NCBI GenBank assembly: GCA_049509455.1
Contig: JBEKZX010000035.1
Coordinates: forward strand, 1-16,131
DNA: 16,131 nucleotides
Direction: 5' to 3'
Origin: Conexivisphaerales archaeon
Lineage (GTDB): Archaea > Thermoproteota > Nitrososphaeria > Conexivisphaerales > DTJL01
Part shown: positions 14,429 to 16,131 of the stretch, piece by piece
Layout: the number at the start of each line of letters is the position of its first letter
Numbering within the stretch: the first letter of the stretch is position 1
Notes under the pieces: model-generated
What the model was told of the DNA's origin: nothing
The model's database searches: none
The model's input: the letters and a program-made list of their open reading frames with translations, nothing else
Program-made: the position numbers and the translations under genes

Positions 14429-15454
14429 TTGACGGAGTTCAGAGTCCTCGACGTAAAGAAGATACAGCCTAACCGGCTGAACCCCAGGCTGGAGTTCGGA
14501 AAGAAGGGCCTCGACGAGCTCTCAGACAGCATCAAGGAGAAGGGCCTCCTCCAACCCATAGTCGTCAGGCCAAGGGGGAGCTACTACGAAGTCGTAGTGG
14601 GGGAGCGGAGGTATAGGGCGTCCCAGCAGGCCGGACTGTCCGAAATCCCCGCCGTCATCCATGAATACTCTGACGAAGAGGTCATAGAGCTGAACCTGGT
14701 CGAGAACATACAGAGGTCGGACCTGAGTGCCGTGGAGAAGGCCAAGGCATGCAGCATGCTGAAGGAGAGGTTCCCCGATAAGTACAGGTCCTGGGCCGAC
14801 GTGGCCGCCAGCATCGGCGTCGATTCGGATACCGTCAGGAATTGGGTCAGGACCCTTGAGCTTCCCGAGGAGGTGCAGACGATGGTGGCCCCTAGGGAGC
14901 GGAAGAGGGTCCCCGAGGGGAAGGTGGGCTACGCCACCGCCCTCGACGCCGCCAAGAAGATTGAGGAGAGGCCCAGGCAGGTGGAGGTTATCAAGAGGAT
15001 CGTGGAGGAGCAGCTCCCCCAAGCGAAGGCCAGGGAGGTCATAAGGAAGGCCGCTGAGGAGCCGAAGAAGAAGGTGGAGGAAGTGGTCAGGGAAGTCCTC
15101 ACGGCCCCAGTTCAGATGTCCTTCAGGATGAACGAGGTCAGACCTGTACTCAGGGGCGAGAAGACCCAGACGTCGGGCCACTACACACCAGACGAGATGG
15201 AGAGGCTGAAGCCCGGTTCTGTAATACACGCCTCCATCTGCGAGCCCCACTTCGCCGACCTCAGGGTCAGGAACAGGACCATCAAGCGGCTGAGGGAGTT
15301 CACAGATTCCGACGCCAGGATGGAAGGATATGTCGATCTAGAGCGCTACAAGGAGGCGTGGGCCGAAGCGCATGGCTCATGGGACGCCGACGATATGGTC
15401 GACATAGTCCAGTTCGACCTCCTGAAGAGATACCCGGGCGTCGAGGGCGTCTGA
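14429..15454 (+). CDS. ParB/Spo0J-family protein (ParB N-terminal domain plus HTH) fused to a C-terminal ASCH (PUA-like) domain
   Basis: ParB: IQPNRLNPR...LSDSIKEKGLLQPIVVR...YEVVVGERRYRA...ENIQRSDLSAVEKA. HTH: SWADVAASIGVDSDTVRNWVRTLELPEEV. ASCH: MSF...VLRGEKTQT...LKPGSVI...LREFTDSDARMEGY...VDIVQF. TTG 14429 has GGAGG upstream; alternative start 14387. Confidence 0.88.
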   Translation: MTEFRVLDVKKIQPNRLNPRLEFGKKGLDELSDSIKEKGLLQPIVVRPRGSYYEVVVGERRYRASQQAGLSEIPAVIHEYSDEEVIELNLVENIQRSDLSAVEKAKACSMLKERFPDKYRSWADVAASIGVDSDTVRNWVRTLELPEEVQTMVAPRERKRVPEGKVGYATALDAAKKIEERPRQVEVIKRIVEEQLPQAKAREVIRKAAEEPKKKVEEVVREVLTAPVQMSFRMNEVRPVLRGEKTQTSGHYTPDEMERLKPGSVIHASICEPHFADLRVRNRTIKRLREFTDSDARMEGYVDLERYKEAWAEAHGSWDADDMVDIVQFDLLKRYPGVEGV

Positions 15455-15800
15455 TCAGGCAGATTAGCTCGGTTCAAGTGTGGGATGCCCTAATATGCAC
15501 CTCTGTGTTTCCGACTTCGAAGACCGAGGCCCCCAGCCATCAGGAACAGGCCTATTCCAAGCCTCGCTGTTCCCGGTTGTAGCCTGAGGCACAGATGCCA
15601 TCGAAGGAGCTGGTCGTTGGGCTTTGGAGGCCTGCCCGATTCCGCCTCTATATGATGTTGGCTTTGCCCCTGACTTGAGGGGGAGGCCGTCATGAATCCA
15701 AGCGGGAAGCCTTGGTGAAGATGCTTAGCTCAGATTCCTGGACAAGGGCTAGTAATCCCCAGAAGTCTTTTATCGTCTGCTGAAAGATAGAGTGAAGATT

Positions 15801-15929
15801 ATGCAGGCGAGAGGCGAAGTCAAGAATCTGAGCAAGGTCGACGGAACAAGGAACTTCAAAAAGGGGCATTTGGAGCCGGTCATCTTGGTCGACTTCCAGG
15901 GATTCACCGACTACGCGAAGGCGAGGTAG
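15801..15929 (+). pseudogene. Truncated cupin-like gene remnant (42 aa)
   Basis: KNLSKVDGTRNFKKGHLEPVILVDFQGFT resembles the N-terminus of small cupin proteins (K.l..PDEtR.F.kGkle.v.l.gft.gra.fePGW.WS) but stops before the barrel. CTTTTAT lies about 27 nt upstream. Similarity is from recall. Confidence 0.45.
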
Positions 15930-15994
15930 TCCACGATGGCCAGCCTCTCGGACACCGAACGCGATCGCATCTATTGGGAAGGGAGCGGGAGAAG

Positions 15995-16131
15995 TTGGAC
16001 AACGAAGTGCTGAAGGCGATAAGGGAGAGGAGAAGCGTCTACAGGTTCAAACCTGGACCGGTGGAGGACGAAAAAATCCAGGCCATCTTGGAGGCCGGTC
16101 GCTGGGCCCCATCGTGGACTAACACTCAGCC
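15995..16131 (+). CDS. Nitroreductase-family flavoprotein, 3'-truncated by the window
   Basis: Not in the ORF track. TTG 15995 gives [46 protein letters not shown], with the RRS and APS..N.QP FMN-binding motifs. Confidence 0.92.
   Translation, partial: [45 protein letters not shown]

Noticed and set aside
6104-15250. Long antisense or alternate-frame ORFs over xpb, nurA, herA, CHAT and parB (e.g. 6144-7007, 11694-12251, 12674-13222, 13666-14082, 14522-15250)
   Set aside because: Typical shadow ORFs of GC3-rich coding sequence; they overlap well-supported genes and have no motifs.
1-16131. CRISPR array, IS/transposase, integrase, tRNA or rRNA
   Set aside because: No regularly spaced repeats, transposase or tyrosine-recombinase motifs, or RNA-gene consensus found by eye.

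Overview
GC-rich archaeal chromosomal window. TFB, XPB-Bax1, NurA-HerA, TATA-type promoters about 25 nt before start codons and frequent TTG/GTG starts point to an archaeon; a TACK/Nitrososphaerota-like host is my inference. Left to right: 5'-truncated TFB; a divergent pair of a 2,4-diaminopentanoate/amine-dehydrogenase-family oxidoreductase and a HemL-fold class III aminotransferase; an accessory patch (about 3.65-5.95 kb) with an orphan HTH/coiled-coil protein, a small His/Cys-rich barrel-like protein, a 57-aa orphan and a membrane zinc-ribbon gene bracketed by a 30/33-identical direct repeat; an XPB helicase-Bax1 (DUF790) operon; a double-zinc-ribbon TM2 protein; a long NurA-like nuclease with an internal wHTH-like insert coupled to a HerA-like ATPase, with no mre11/rad50 in the window; a stand-alone minimal CHAT (caspase-like) protease divergent from a ParB-HTH-ASCH fusion; a truncated cupin remnant; and a 3'-truncated nitroreductase. 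The best candidate for an undescribed system is the NurA-HerA / CHAT / ParB-ASCH neighbourhood, especially the ParB-ASCH fusion. No tRNA, rRNA, CRISPR array, transposase or integrase was recognised. All family calls come from motif recognition by eye; no database search was run.
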